From positions 64,147 through 128,146 of the forward strand of contig CAVSXK010000024.1 in assembly GCA_963731925.1 (NCBI GenBank): DNA of 64,000 bases. The letters run 5' to 3'. Positions 27,597-37,886 of the stretch are shown piece after piece; the stretch's first letter is position 1; the number at the start of each line of letters is the position of its first letter. Both the position numbers and the translations under genes were made by a program. The DNA is from an uncultured Actinomycetes bacterium. Lineage in GTDB: Bacteria > Actinomycetota > UBA4738 > HRBIN12. The notes beneath the pieces are model-generated. The model was not told the DNA's origin. It saw only the letters and a program-made list of their open reading frames with translations, and did no database searches.

Positions 27597-28820
27597 GTGT
27601 CGTCGGTCGACGCTCCCCGTGTCGAGGACCTGCTGCGCGAGCTCGCGCCGCAGGTCCTCGGCACACTGGTGCGCCGGTACGGGCAGTTCGACGCGGCCGA
27701 AGACGCCGTGCAGGAGGCGCTCATCGCCGCTGCGCTGCAGTGGTCCGATGAGGGCGTGCCCGACCACCCGCGACCCTGGCTCGTCACCGTCGCGTCGCGA
27801 CGCCTGGTCGACGGCTGGAGGACGGAGAGCGCGCGGCGGCGGAGAGAGGAGTCCGAGGCCGTGCTCGACTTGCGGGTCTCGGGCCCGGCGTCCGAGCACG
27901 ACGACACCCTCACGCTCCTGTTCCTGTGCTGCCATCCTGCGCTCTCCGTCCCGTCGCAGCTGGCCCTCACCCTCCGCGCGGTCGGCGGGCTGACCACGAC
28001 CGAGATCGCGAACGCCTTCCTCGTCCCCGAGGCCACGATGGCTCAGCGCATCAGCCGCGCGAAGCAACGGATCAAGAGCACCGGTGCGCGGTTCGACCTC
28101 CCGCCGGAACCGCAACGGGCGGAACGGCTCCGCGTCGTGCTGCAGGTGCTCTACCTGATCTTCAACGAGGGCTACACGTCGAGCTCGGGATCGTCGCTGC
28201 ACCGAGCCGACCTCACCACCGAGGCCATACGGCTGACGCGGATGCTCCACCAGCTCCTGCCGCAGGACGGCGAGGTCGCGGGTCTGCTGGCGCTCATGCT
28301 GCTGACCGATGCCCGGCGGGAGGCCCGAGCGACGGCCGACGGCTCCCTCGTCCCGCTCGCCGAACAGGATCGCGACCTCTGGAACGCGGACCAGATCGAC
28401 GAGGGCGTGAGCCTCATCACGGCCACGCTCGGCAAGGCGCCGATCGGTCCCTATCAGCTGCAGGCCGCGATCGCCGCGATCCACGACGAAGCGACGAGCG
28501 CCGAGGAGACCGACTGGCCGCAGATCCTCGCGCTGTACGAGGTGCTCGAACAGGTGTCGCCGGGCCCCGTCGTCACGCTGAACCGCGCGGTCGCGGTCGC
28601 GATGGTCGATGGACCGCGGGCCGGCCTGGCGCTGCTCGGAACCCTCGACACGGACGACCGCATGAGTCACACGCACCGACTCGAGGCGGTCCGGGGCCAC
28701 CTGCTCGAGCTTGCCGGCGACCCGATCGCCGCCCGCGAGTCCTACCGGCTCGCTGCGAGGATGACGGCGAGCATCCCCGAGCAGCGATACCTCGCGCTGC
28801 GCGCGGCTCGGTTGCGCTAG
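27597..28820 (+). CDS. ECF-type sigma-70 factor with long C-terminal extension (DUF6596-like), YciI-associated subgroup
   Basis: GTG 27597 in the frame of track ORF 27105. Sigma2 region (FDAAEDAVQEALIAAALQW). Sigma4 HTH (LTTTEIANAFLVPEATMAQRISRAKQRI). ~200-aa C-terminal domain with GPYQLQAAIAAIHDEA. Confidence 0.8.
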   Translation: MSSVDAPRVEDLLRELAPQVLGTLVRRYGQFDAAEDAVQEALIAAALQWSDEGVPDHPRPWLVTVASRRLVDGWRTESARRRREESEAVLDLRVSGPASEHDDTLTLLFLCCHPALSVPSQLALTLRAVGGLTTTEIANAFLVPEATMAQRISRAKQRIKSTGARFDLPPEPQRAERLRVVLQVLYLIFNEGYTSSSGSSLHRADLTTEAIRLTRMLHQLLPQDGEVAGLLALMLLTDARREARATADGSLVPLAEQDRDLWNADQIDEGVSLITATLGKAPIGPYQLQAAIAAIHDEATSAEETDWPQILALYEVLEQVSPGPVVTLNRAVAVAMVDGPRAGLALLGTLDTDDRMSHTHRLEAVRGHLLELAGDPIAARESYRLAARMTASIPEQRYLALRAARLR

Positions 28821-29599
28821 GGGATCTGCTGCTCCTGGGACGTCGGCTCGCGAGCCAGGCTCGCCATCACGGCTCCGGCCAGGATCAACAGCCCCCCGGC
28901 CGCCACGCCGAGCGTGACCGACTCGTCGAGGAACCAGAACCCGAGCACCGCGGCGGCGAGCGGCTCCATCGCCGAGACGATCGCGGTGCGGACGGCGCCG
29001 ATCCTGGCCAGTGCCTCCATCAGGAAGAAGAACGCGCCGGCCGACGAGAGCCCCATCCCTACGAGCGGCCACCACTCGGCCGCGCCGGAAGGCAGCTCCC
29101 AGTGCCCGACCACGTTCGCGTAGACGAACAGCCCGACCGACGCGCCGGCGCTCACCCACATCGCGCTCGTGAGCGCGCCGGTGCGGTCGATCAGCAGGTC
29201 GACGCCCGTGAGATAGGCGCTGTACGTCATCGCCGTGACGAACGCGAGCAGGACGCCGATGCCGTCGATCGCGAGACCGGTCCCGGTGCCGACGACGATC
29301 GCCGCGCCCGCGACCGCGCACAGGAGCGCGACGACGGTCAGGCGAGCCGGCAGGTCGCCGCCCAGCGCCCACGCCCAGGCGGTCACGAACACGGGATAGG
29401 TGAAGAACAGGAGCGTCACGGCGGCGACCGTTCCGTGCTGGGTGGCGGTGAAGAACAGGCTCGCCTCGATCGCGTAGCCGAAGAGGGCGAGCAGGACGAG
29501 CCGGAGCCGCTCGCCGGGCGCGGCGAGGATCGGCCGGTGCGTGAGCAGCAGGGCGAGGAACAGCGCGACGGCGCCGATCGCGAACCGGATCGACAGCAT
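28817..29599 (-). CDS. EamA/DMT-family transporter
   Basis: Two EamA-like halves with many TM segments. The upstream in-frame sequence (…DLLGGVSAAVSAVLFGTIIIWGRFVLERG…) encodes TM1 but has no ATG/GTG. The true start is therefore likely ~29698 (CTG) or obscured by an indel. Confidence 0.7.
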   Translation of the reverse strand: MLSIRFAIGAVALFLALLLTHRPILAAPGERLRLVLLALFGYAIEASLFFTATQHGTVAAVTLLFFTYPVFVTAWAWALGGDLPARLTVVALLCAVAGAAIVVGTGTGLAIDGIGVLLAFVTAMTYSAYLTGVDLLIDRTGALTSAMWVSAGASVGLFVYANVVGHWELPSGAAEWWPLVGMGLSSAGAFFFLMEALARIGAVRTAIVSAMEPLAAAVLGFWFLDESVTLGVAAGGLLILAGAVMASLAREPTSQEQQIP

Positions 29600-29745
29600 C
29601 GTCTCGACGGGGACCCCGCGCTCCAGGACGAATCGGCCCCAGATGATGATCGTCCCGAACAGGACCGCCGAGACGGCCGCCGATACGCCGCCGAGCAGGT
29701 CGTTCCGGGCGGGCGGGTCCTGACCGGCGGGCGGGTCGGTCGCGC

Positions 29746-30513
29746 TCAGACGAGTTCGATCCGCATCCGCTTGAAGGCCTTGCCCTTGTTCTCGGTCTTC
29801 GCGACCCGAACGCGGCCGACCTCGGCGGTCGACCGGACGTGCGTCCCGCCGTCGGCCTGCTTGTCGAGCCCCTCGATCTCGATCACGCGGATCGGATCGA
29901 CCGACTCGGGGATCAGGTTCACCTTCGTGCGGATCAGGTCGGGGTCGGCGAGCGCCTCGGTCCTCGGCAGAAAGCTCACGTGCACGGGCCGGTCGGCGTC
30001 GAGCTCGGCGTTGAGCTTGTCCTCCACCTCGCGGCCGAACTCCGCATCGATCGTCTCGAGCTCGAAGTCCATACGGGCGACACCGGGCTCCATGTTCCCG
30101 CCGGTGACCTTCGCGTGGTAGTCGCGGAACACCACGGCCGACAGCGCATGCAGCGCGGTGTGGGTCCGCATGAGCGTGTGGCGGCGGCCCCAGTCGATCT
30201 CGGCGGTGACGGCGGCACCCACCGGGAGCGGAACGCCCTCGACCTGGTGCAGTGGCGAGCCACCTTCCTTGACGGTGTCGACGACCCGCGTCTCACCGCC
30301 GTCCCAGCGCAGGACACCGGTGTCTCCGGGTTGGCCGCCGCTCCGAGCGTAGAAGACCGTTCGATCGAGGACGACACCCCCGTCCGTGACCTGCTCGACG
30401 GTCGCCTCGCACGAACGCACGTAGGCGTCGGTGGCACACAGCTCCTCGGTCACGCCGACAGGGTAGCGGACCCCGGAGGCGGCCCTCGTGCCCTCGAGGC
30501 CGTTCCACCGCAA
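29746..30513 (-). CDS. alanyl-tRNA editing protein AlaX-like (threonyl/alanyl-tRNA synthetase second additional domain)
   Basis: HxxxH...CGGTH zinc motif (HTALHAL ... ADGGTHV). Track start is TTG 30513; GTG 30453 (VTEELCATDAYVRSCEATV) is an alternative start. Confidence 0.75.
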   Translation of the reverse strand: MRWNGLEGTRAASGVRYPVGVTEELCATDAYVRSCEATVEQVTDGGVVLDRTVFYARSGGQPGDTGVLRWDGGETRVVDTVKEGGSPLHQVEGVPLPVGAAVTAEIDWGRRHTLMRTHTALHALSAVVFRDYHAKVTGGNMEPGVARMDFELETIDAEFGREVEDKLNAELDADRPVHVSFLPRTEALADPDLIRTKVNLIPESVDPIRVIEIEGLDKQADGGTHVRSTAEVGRVRVAKTENKGKAFKRMRIELV

Positions 30514-30515
30514 GC

Positions 30516-30968
30516 ATGAGAAGTCGGGCGCAGATACTCAGGACGGCGTCGTTTTGGACCGATACTTGTCAGGAGATGCTCCGAGAACTCGAACGCCGCC
30601 CCCTCCATACCCTCGAGGTCGACCTGGCCGAAACGGCCCGCGGGGTCGTAGCAGGGCTCGGTGCGTTCGACCGTGTCGTCATCGACATCCCGGAGGGCAC
30701 CGTCGCCGCGGACCGCGAACTGGTCATCCAAGCCTTGACGGACCTGCTGGTCCACGCGCTGGAGAACGCGCCCGATGGCTCGACCGTCACGATCTGCGCC
30801 GACAGCGAGAAGTCGGGGTTGCGGCTATGGGTCGACGACCACGGCGCGGGGATCGACGCGGCCGACCAGATCGCGCTCGTCGAGCGCTTCCAGCGGTTCG
30901 ACCGATCCGAAGCCCGGCCGCACGGCGGTCCGGGTCTCGGTCTGCATCTCGCGGCCCCGGCCGCCTGA
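30516..30968 (+). CDS. stand-alone histidine-kinase-like ATPase (HATPase_c) fragment
   Basis: N-box (LLVHALENAPDGSTVTI). G1 box (DDHGAGID). G2 box (GGPGLGL). No HisKA or sensor domain; 150 aa. Confidence 0.55.
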   Translation: MRSRAQILRTASFWTDTCQEMLRELERRPLHTLEVDLAETARGVVAGLGAFDRVVIDIPEGTVAADRELVIQALTDLLVHALENAPDGSTVTICADSEKSGLRLWVDDHGAGIDAADQIALVERFQRFDRSEARPHGGPGLGLHLAAPAA

Positions 30969-30989
30969 TCCCGCAGCCGCCCGCCAGGC

Positions 30990-31790
30990 TCAGCCCGCGC
31001 CGGCGATGAAGCCGGACACGCGGACCACGATCTCCGGGATCCGTCGGAGCAGCTCCTCCTGGCTCTGGAGCGCGATCAGCTCGGCGTTCGGCAGCAGCTC
31101 CGCGAAGAGCGGGCCGAGCTCGGCCGGGTGGATCTCGTCGCCTTCGATCGTCACGATGATCGTCGGGATCCGGACGTCACGAAGCAGCTCCCGGTCAGGG
31201 ATCGGCCAGTCCTCGACCACCCCGTGGATCGCTCGAGACAGCCCGTCGGGGTCGTCGTGCTGCCACGTCACGCGGTCGAGCTCGAGGCGCCACGGTGTCT
31301 CGACGTACTCGGCCACGCGGGCCGGGTCGTTCAAGACGGACTCCAGCGCCTCCTCGGGCGTCTTGCCCTCGAGGTCCTCCGCCAGGAGGTGGTAGCGGGC
31401 GGCGAGCCCGAAGGGCAGATCGAGCCCGGCCGGTAGGAGCCACACCATCCGTTGGAAGCGTTCGGGCACGCGGCACACGAGGTTGCCGATCGCGCCTGCG
31501 CCCAGCGAGGTCCCGACGGCGACGGTGGCCCCGAACGCGCTCGCAACGGCGTCCAGGTCACGCGCGAAGTCCTCGAACCGGAACGCCTTCGGATCGGCGG
31601 GCGAGCTCGACCGTCCGTGGCCGCGGAAGTCGAACCGCACCTTGGTCCCCGGCAGGAGCGGGGTGAACGCCGCCAGCTCGTTGCGGTTGTTCGTCAGGCC
31701 GTGCGCGAAGACGGTGACGGGCTCGCCCTCACCCTCCACCTCGCAGAACAGCGTGACGTCGTCGTTCCGGACCTCGGGCACGAGGCCCAA
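30990..31790 (-). CDS. alpha/beta-fold hydrolase
   Basis: FAHGLT oxyanion region. Nucleophile elbow GTSLGAG. 266 aa. Confidence 0.8.
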   Translation of the reverse strand: MGLVPEVRNDDVTLFCEVEGEGEPVTVFAHGLTNNRNELAAFTPLLPGTKVRFDFRGHGRSSSPADPKAFRFEDFARDLDAVASAFGATVAVGTSLGAGAIGNLVCRVPERFQRMVWLLPAGLDLPFGLAARYHLLAEDLEGKTPEEALESVLNDPARVAEYVETPWRLELDRVTWQHDDPDGLSRAIHGVVEDWPIPDRELLRDVRIPTIIVTIEGDEIHPAELGPLFAELLPNAELIALQSQEELLRRIPEIVVRVSGFIAGAG

Positions 31791-31813
31791 CCTACCGAAG
31801 GCCGGGTCGTACG

Positions 31814-32098
31814 ATGCGGGAGGTGGCCGACATCACCGTGACTCGCAGGGCGGACGGAAACCCGATCCGGTTCGACGTGGTCGTGCGCGAGGGCGATCCA
31901 AGCACCGAGCATGCCGTCACGCTCTCAGAGAGCGATCTCGAGCGTCTGGGCGGCGGCCGCACGCCCGAGGCGTTCGTGCGCGACTGCTTCGCGTTCCTGT
32001 TGGAGCGCGAACCCAAGGAGTCGATCCTGCGATCGTTCGACGTGAGCGTGATCGGCGGGTACTTCCCCGAGTTCGAACGAGAGATCGCCGGCCGATAG
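31814..32098 (+). CDS. hypothetical protein (94 aa)
   Basis: ORF with balanced composition, divergent from the 30990 hydrolase. No recognisable motif. Confidence 0.45.
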   Translation: MREVADITVTRRADGNPIRFDVVVREGDPSTEHAVTLSESDLERLGGGRTPEAFVRDCFAFLLEREPKESILRSFDVSVIGGYFPEFEREIAGR

Positions 32099-32106
32099 GG
32101 TCCGGG

Positions 32107-32637
32107 TCAGCCGAGCGCCGCGAGCGCTCGCCGCGCCTGATCCAGGTGGAACCGGTCGTGGCCGGCCATCAGACGGAACGTGAGGTCGTAGCTCTCGGGG
32201 CCGCGCTCGGCGTGGAGACCGACCCGCGCTCGCTCCTGTTCGGTCGAACGCGCCCACAGGGCGAGGTTGGCACTCCGCAGCGCCTCCCACGTCTCGAGCA
32301 GCGCTTCCGGATCGTCCTGTCCGTGGTGCAGCCGGTCCACCCACAGGTCCTGGTCGTACCCGATCAGCGGCGGCTCGTCGTGGGCGACGATCCACCGATA
32401 CCGGCCCGAGACCACCAGCTCGGCGTCCAGGGCGTGACCCAGGCACTCGAGTACCGACCACTCTTCCGGCTCGGGGCGTTCGGCGACTCGGGCGCCGGCC
32501 TCTCGGATGAGCGTGCGCCAGGCGTCGGAGGTCGAGGCCTGCACGTCGGCCGGATCGTCGTGGCCGACCAGACCGGTGAGGTACCGCTGGTACTCGGCCG
32601 CCTCGGCGACCGGGTCGGGTGTGGGGACGCGCTCCAT
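32107..32637 (-). CDS. DinB/YfiT-like (DinB_2) four-helix-bundle metalloprotein
   Basis: H...E...H pattern: WSVLECLGHALDAELVVSGRY ... HGQDDPEAL ... AGHDRFHLDQ. Confidence 0.75.
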   Translation of the reverse strand: MERVPTPDPVAEAAEYQRYLTGLVGHDDPADVQASTSDAWRTLIREAGARVAERPEPEEWSVLECLGHALDAELVVSGRYRWIVAHDEPPLIGYDQDLWVDRLHHGQDDPEALLETWEALRSANLALWARSTEQERARVGLHAERGPESYDLTFRLMAGHDRFHLDQARRALAALG

Positions 32638-35600
32638 CTACACCTCCTGCTCGACGAGGTCGTCCTGCGGCGCGAACGAGTCGCGGATCGCGCGCGACCA
32701 GCGCCACACGAGCGCGGTGAGCACGAGGAACAGCGCGCCCGAGGCGACGAGGATGGTACGCACCTGCGCCGGGTCGTTCTCGACCCAGACGAACGACAGG
32801 ATCAACGCCGGCACGATGAAGCCGAGGTTGTACGCGATGTCGAACAGCGCGAAGGCTCGTCCTCGGAAGTCGTCGGGCATCGCTTGCTGCACGATCGTGT
32901 CCGCCGAGATCTTCCCGAGGAAGAACGAGAAGAAGCCGACGAAGAGCAGCGCGGCGAACCCCGCGAGCGAGACCGGCGCGCCGAACACGATCGTCCCGGC
33001 CCCCAGCAACACCATCGAGGCGAGCAGCATGCGGATCGGCGCGACCGTGTCCTTCCACCTCTGCGCCAGGATCAGGCCGAGCACGCCGCCGAGCAGGCCG
33101 CCGCCACCCGACAGCCCGAGGGCCACGCTGCTGGCGTCGCCGCCCTCGACGAGGTTCTTCGCGTACAGGGCGAACGTGAACAGGACGAAGCCCCAGAACT
33201 GGTAGCGCAGCATCTGGAACGACGTGAGCCCGACCGCGGCGGGCGGCCGCGCGGCGAGCTCGCGGACGCCGGCGACGACGTTCCGCAGCACCTGCGATGC
33301 TTCCCTGCCGAAGCTGGTCGCGTGCACGGAGACCTCTGCGTGACGCATGCGCTTCGCGACGATCGCGGCTGCCACCAGCAGGCCGGCGCCGACCACGACC
33401 ACGAGCCAGGCGGGCAGCGCCGCGGCGGCTCCGAGCGCGAACCCGATCCCCACCACCTGGAACAACGCACCTCCGGCCTGCGACAGGCCGTTGCCCTGGA
33501 GCAGGTCCTTGCCCGAGAGCACGTCGGGCATCGCCGCCGACTTCACGGCGAGGGCGACCCGCACGCACCCCTGCGCGGCGAGCAGGCCGATCACCAGCGC
33601 GACCGTGGCGACCACGTCGCCCTCGGTCGTGGCCTTGCCCAGCGGGAGCATCGCGATCAGGGCGACCGCGGCGACGATCGCGGCCACCGCGATGTTCGTC
33701 CAGCTCACGACCTTCCGCCGCTGGAAGCGGTCGATGAAGACCCCGATGAACGGCGAGATCAGCGTGTACGGCACGTAGAGCGCGAGCACGACCTTCAACA
33801 GGTAGTCCGCGGACGGGACCGTGGAGACGTCGAACCCCTTCTCGCCGCCGAACGCGATCGACTTGCCGATCGCGCCCTGCACCACGCCCTGTCCGGCCTG
33901 GGCCAGGTACTGCATGCCGACCAGCACCGAGAAGTCTCGGTTGGAGAACACCGAGAACAGGTTGTTGAAGAAGCCGCTGAAGCCGTTCAGCACGCGCAGG
34001 ATCGGCGCGGCGCCCAATCGCAGCCCGGCCGCGACGGCCGTCGCGAGAACCAGCGACGCCCACCCGTGGGCGACGCCGAAGGGCGCTCGCGTGACCGCCA
34101 CCACGACGATTCCGGAGAGCACGACGAGCGTGATCGAGATTCCGGGCACGAGCGCGATCTTCAGCCACGCGTCGTCGAGCTCGAACCATCGCGCCGCGAT
34201 CGCACCGGGCACCACCAGCAGCAAGGCGAGCGCGAACACCACCCACAGCGTGTGACCGAGGTTCCCGAGGACCCCCGGGTGATCGGCGTAGAAGGCAGCG
34301 ACCTCCACTTCGGCAGCCCTGGCGTCCGCGATCGCTCCGTCCGACGGCGTCGTCAGGCCTTCGCCCGTCACGACCGCGACGTCGTCGCCGAGGACCAAGA
34401 GGTCCTCGGGTGCCTGATCGAGCAGCTCCTCGTTCACCGTGCCCTCGTTGAACTGGCGGACGAGGAACGCGATCGGCGGGCCGGTGTACTCCTCGCGCAG
34501 GTCGGTGAGCTCACGGTGGAACGCGCGCGACATCTTGTTGTACGTGTCGTTCGTGAGCACGGTCGGCTGGTCGGCCAGGAAGTCCTCGACGCTCCCGAAG
34601 TACGTCATCGATCGCTTCACCGCGTCGCCGGGGAGGCCGGTGCGCGAGACGTTCGTGAACGTCTTGGACCATCCGTAGGACTGGTAGGTGTCGTCGTAGT
34701 TCACGACGAACACGATCGGACGATCGCCGGGCTCGTTCTCGACCACGGCTCGGGCCGCGTCGAGCGCGGTCCGGGTCGGCTGGTCGATCCACTGGCTGTC
34801 GGGGTCGGCCCAGTGCGAGATCTCGCGACCCTGGACCCAGATGTAGCCGAACGAGGCGACGATCAGCAGCGACGCCAGGATGCCCGCGATCCTCGCGGCA
34901 CCGTCCCGATTCGACAGCCACCTGATCGCGACGTACGCACCGAGGCCGCCGAGCGCGAACAGCGCCATCGTCGCGTTCATGAAGCGGTAGTACGGGTAGG
35001 TCGCCGCGACGAACCCGAAGATGCCCAGGAACGGCAGCAGCAGCATCGCCGAGATCGTCCCGAACTCGTCCGAACGCGCGCGGTCCTTCCGCGCCCGCCA
35101 GATCGTCCACCCGATCGCGAGCACGCACGAGCGGCACGATGATCCCGGGCTGGAGCGAGCCGACCCATCCGGAGAGACGGTTGAAGAAGACCTCCTTCGT
35201 GTACGGCGGGGGCAACGCGGCGTCGGCGAGCGAGCCGGTCACGCCCCACGGCGCGATCAGCCACGTCGCCAGGCCGAAGATCATCCCGAAGCCGACCGAC
35301 ATCAACGACGGCCCGAGCTCCTTGAGCGGTGGCCCCAGGTGGAACCGGCTGGTCAACAACCGCAGGCCGAACACCGCCATCAGCGAGAAGCCGAAGATGA
35401 CGCAGGTCGTCGGGTGCGTGAACGCCGCCGCGATGCCGAACAGGAACATCGCCGTTCGCGCGCCCCACGACGTCCGCGCGGGGACGAAGAACGCGAGGAT
35501 CAACGACAGGAAGTACAGGACCGTGATGTTGTCGAGGTAGCCCACGTACGGCGTGGTCATGAACAGCGCCGCCGTCGAGAGCATCACGAGCAGGAAGAGC

Positions 35601-36082
35601 AACGGGTCCCGGTGCGTCCGCCAGGAGAACGCGCCGAGCGCGAGCCCGGTCAGCACGGGGACGCCGACCATCATGAAGGCGCTGAACGTGTACAGGTCGA
35701 TCCCGGCGACCCGCTGCAGGATCGAGCCGAACAGCGGGACGCTCACCCGGTACCCGCCCCCGAACATCGAGAACGGGCCCCAGTCCCCGGCGATCAGGCC
35801 CGGGGTGTCGTGCATCATCAGGTTCGAGCGCCAGGTGTACCAGGCGGGGTCGCGCGTGGGGGCGCTGATCGAGGGGTCCTGCAGGAAGGTCCACCCGAAC
35901 GCGACCAGCAGGAGCGCGATCGCGCCGATCAGGACGATCGGACTGGACAGCCGCCCCCGCTGTTGGGGTTCGGGGATCTGCACGCCCTCGTCGGAGCGAT
36001 CCTTCGTGAGCGCCATCGGTTGCGGTGTCCCCCTCGTGCTCCTAGCTCGCGCGGACATCGGGGAAGCCTGGGAGCCGCGCAA
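32638..36082 (-). CDS. large (~1100 aa) integral membrane protein: N-terminal polytopic domain plus extracytoplasmic domain plus C-terminal MFS transporter domain; frameshifted at ~35125
   Basis: Frame of 34511..36082 encodes ~320 aa with >=8 TM helices up to ...QPGIIVPLV. Frame of 32638..35124 continues exactly there (LAIGWTIWRARKD...) with a ~330-aa soluble region and then a 12-TM MFS-like domain (FQMLRYQFWGFVLF...). The two frames abut at 35123-35126. Confidence 0.65.
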
Positions 36083-36118
36083 GGATACGCGACGCGCCGG
36101 TGCTCGGGTCCGAGGCGC

Positions 36119-37807
36119 TCAACCTCGGGCCTCCGGCAGGCAGTCGAGAGCGTCCATCAGCGTGATCGGGAACGCGGCCGAGAACACGGGCTCGGAGCGT
36201 TCGGCCTCGGGCAATGGAGGCGCATCGTCGGGGTTCCCCTGCTCATGCGTGTAGTCGAGGATGAACCGCGAGATCTGCTCGAGCGAGAAGCCGCTGGAGG
36301 CCATCGTGTCCTCGTTCACGTAGATCTGGCTGGACCGCACGGCCTGGAACACGGATCCACCGCCGGCGGCCGGGAAGGCCGCGTTCAGGTCGCGTTCGAG
36401 CTCGGTCGGCGTCACCTGGAAGGCGCCCGACACGGCCGGGTCGAACTGCGCACCGTGGTCGGCGGTGAGCAGGAGCACGTAGCGGCCTTGACCGACCTCC
36501 CGGTCCAGGAACTCGACGAACCGCCCGAGGTCCTCGTCCTGCCACGCGAGCGTGTCCTGCATCTCGGGACTGTTCGCGCTCCAGATGTGGCTCACGTGGT
36601 CGATCGCCTTGAAGTTGACGAACAGCAGGTCGGGCACCGGATCGTCGCCGAACCCCTCGCGCGCGATCACCTCCTCGACCATGGCGCCCTGGTACGGGAT
36701 CCGGGCCGGCGTCGCCCATCCGCTCTCGTACTGCTCGATCGAGTTGTCGCGCCACTTCCCGTCGAGCGCGCCGTCCTGCCGGTCGATCGCCTCGGTATAG
36801 GCCGAGAGCGGTGGGAGATCGTTCACGTACGCCGGGAGCTCGTAGAAGGGCTGGTACCGGCCCTGCAGGTTCCACGTCGTCCCCTCGGCCCCCTCGTTGT
36901 CGGCTGCGGTCGGAACGCGCAGGACGGCGATGTCGCGGTCCCCGCCTCCCCACAGCGACCCGTGGCTCGCCATGTTGAGGTGCCAGGTCACGCTCGCGAG
37001 CGCCCCGACGAGCGGCTCGTTGCCCATCGCGCGGTCGTACAGGTCGGCGAGCGTCGGCTCCATCAACAGGACCGGGCCGAGCGCGCCCGCGCGCACGAGG
37101 TCATCGCCGAGGCGGAACTCCGCATCCGTCTGCCCGGTGTGCATCGGGAACGCGCCCGTGCCGATCGTGGCGTGGGTGGCCGGCGTGATCGAGGGCGAGG
37201 AGCCCACGCTGGCGTGGTCGAACCAGATCCCGTCGGGGATCATCGAGCGCAGCACCGGCCAGTCGTTCGGGAACGCGTCGAGCAGGCTCAGGCCACCGGC
37301 ATCCCAGACGAGCGTCACGATCAACGGGGGAGGCGTGTCGGGCTTCGGGATCTCGGGCAGCGCCCGCCCGTCGGGGGCGTCGAACGCGAAATCGAGCAGC
37401 TTGCCCTGGGTGGGCGCGACGTCGGCGAGCGTCACCGGTCGCTCTACCCGTCCGAGCGCCGGGACGATCCCCGGCCCGTACCAGAACAGCGGCACGTCCT
37501 GCAGGTAGTTCCACGGCCCCGAGTGAGGGAAGTTCGTGCCGACGAAGTTCGGCTCCTGCGGCACGAACACGATCTGCCCCGAGCGCTCGGGGTCGGTTCC
37601 CCGCCAGATCCGCAGGAGCTGCTGATGCGGGATCGCGCACGCGGCGTCGGCCAGGTCCTCGGACACGGGTGGTTGGAGCGAGAACGCGACGGTGCCCGGC
37701 GAGGGGCCGGCAGAGCCGGACGCAGCGGGGCTCGATGGAGGGGTCGAAGCCGACGACGTGCAGGCGCCGACCAGTCCGAGGGCGAGCACCACCGCGAGCC
37801 GCTTCAT
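36119..37807 (-). CDS. nucleotide pyrophosphatase/phosphodiesterase (NPP) family lipoprotein, alkaline-phosphatase superfamily
   Basis: Signal peptide plus lipobox (LALGLVGACTSS) from ATG 37807. Metal and nucleophile motifs TLVWDAGG, THATIGTGAFPMHTG, LLLTADHGAQ. Confidence 0.8.
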   Translation of the reverse strand: MKRLAVVLALGLVGACTSSASTPPSSPAASGSAGPSPGTVAFSLQPPVSEDLADAACAIPHQQLLRIWRGTDPERSGQIVFVPQEPNFVGTNFPHSGPWNYLQDVPLFWYGPGIVPALGRVERPVTLADVAPTQGKLLDFAFDAPDGRALPEIPKPDTPPPLIVTLVWDAGGLSLLDAFPNDWPVLRSMIPDGIWFDHASVGSSPSITPATHATIGTGAFPMHTGQTDAEFRLGDDLVRAGALGPVLLMEPTLADLYDRAMGNEPLVGALASVTWHLNMASHGSLWGGGDRDIAVLRVPTAADNEGAEGTTWNLQGRYQPFYELPAYVNDLPPLSAYTEAIDRQDGALDGKWRDNSIEQYESGWATPARIPYQGAMVEEVIAREGFGDDPVPDLLFVNFKAIDHVSHIWSANSPEMQDTLAWQDEDLGRFVEFLDREVGQGRYVLLLTADHGAQFDPAVSGAFQVTPTELERDLNAAFPAAGGGSVFQAVRSSQIYVNEDTMASSGFSLEQISRFILDYTHEQGNPDDAPPLPEAERSEPVFSAAFPITLMDALDCLPEARG

Positions 37808-37886
37808 CCGCGCGCCTCGGGCAGGCACGGGAGGCGGCCCATCATCGTCCGACGGGAACGCGGCCTGGAACACCAGGTCGTCCGCC

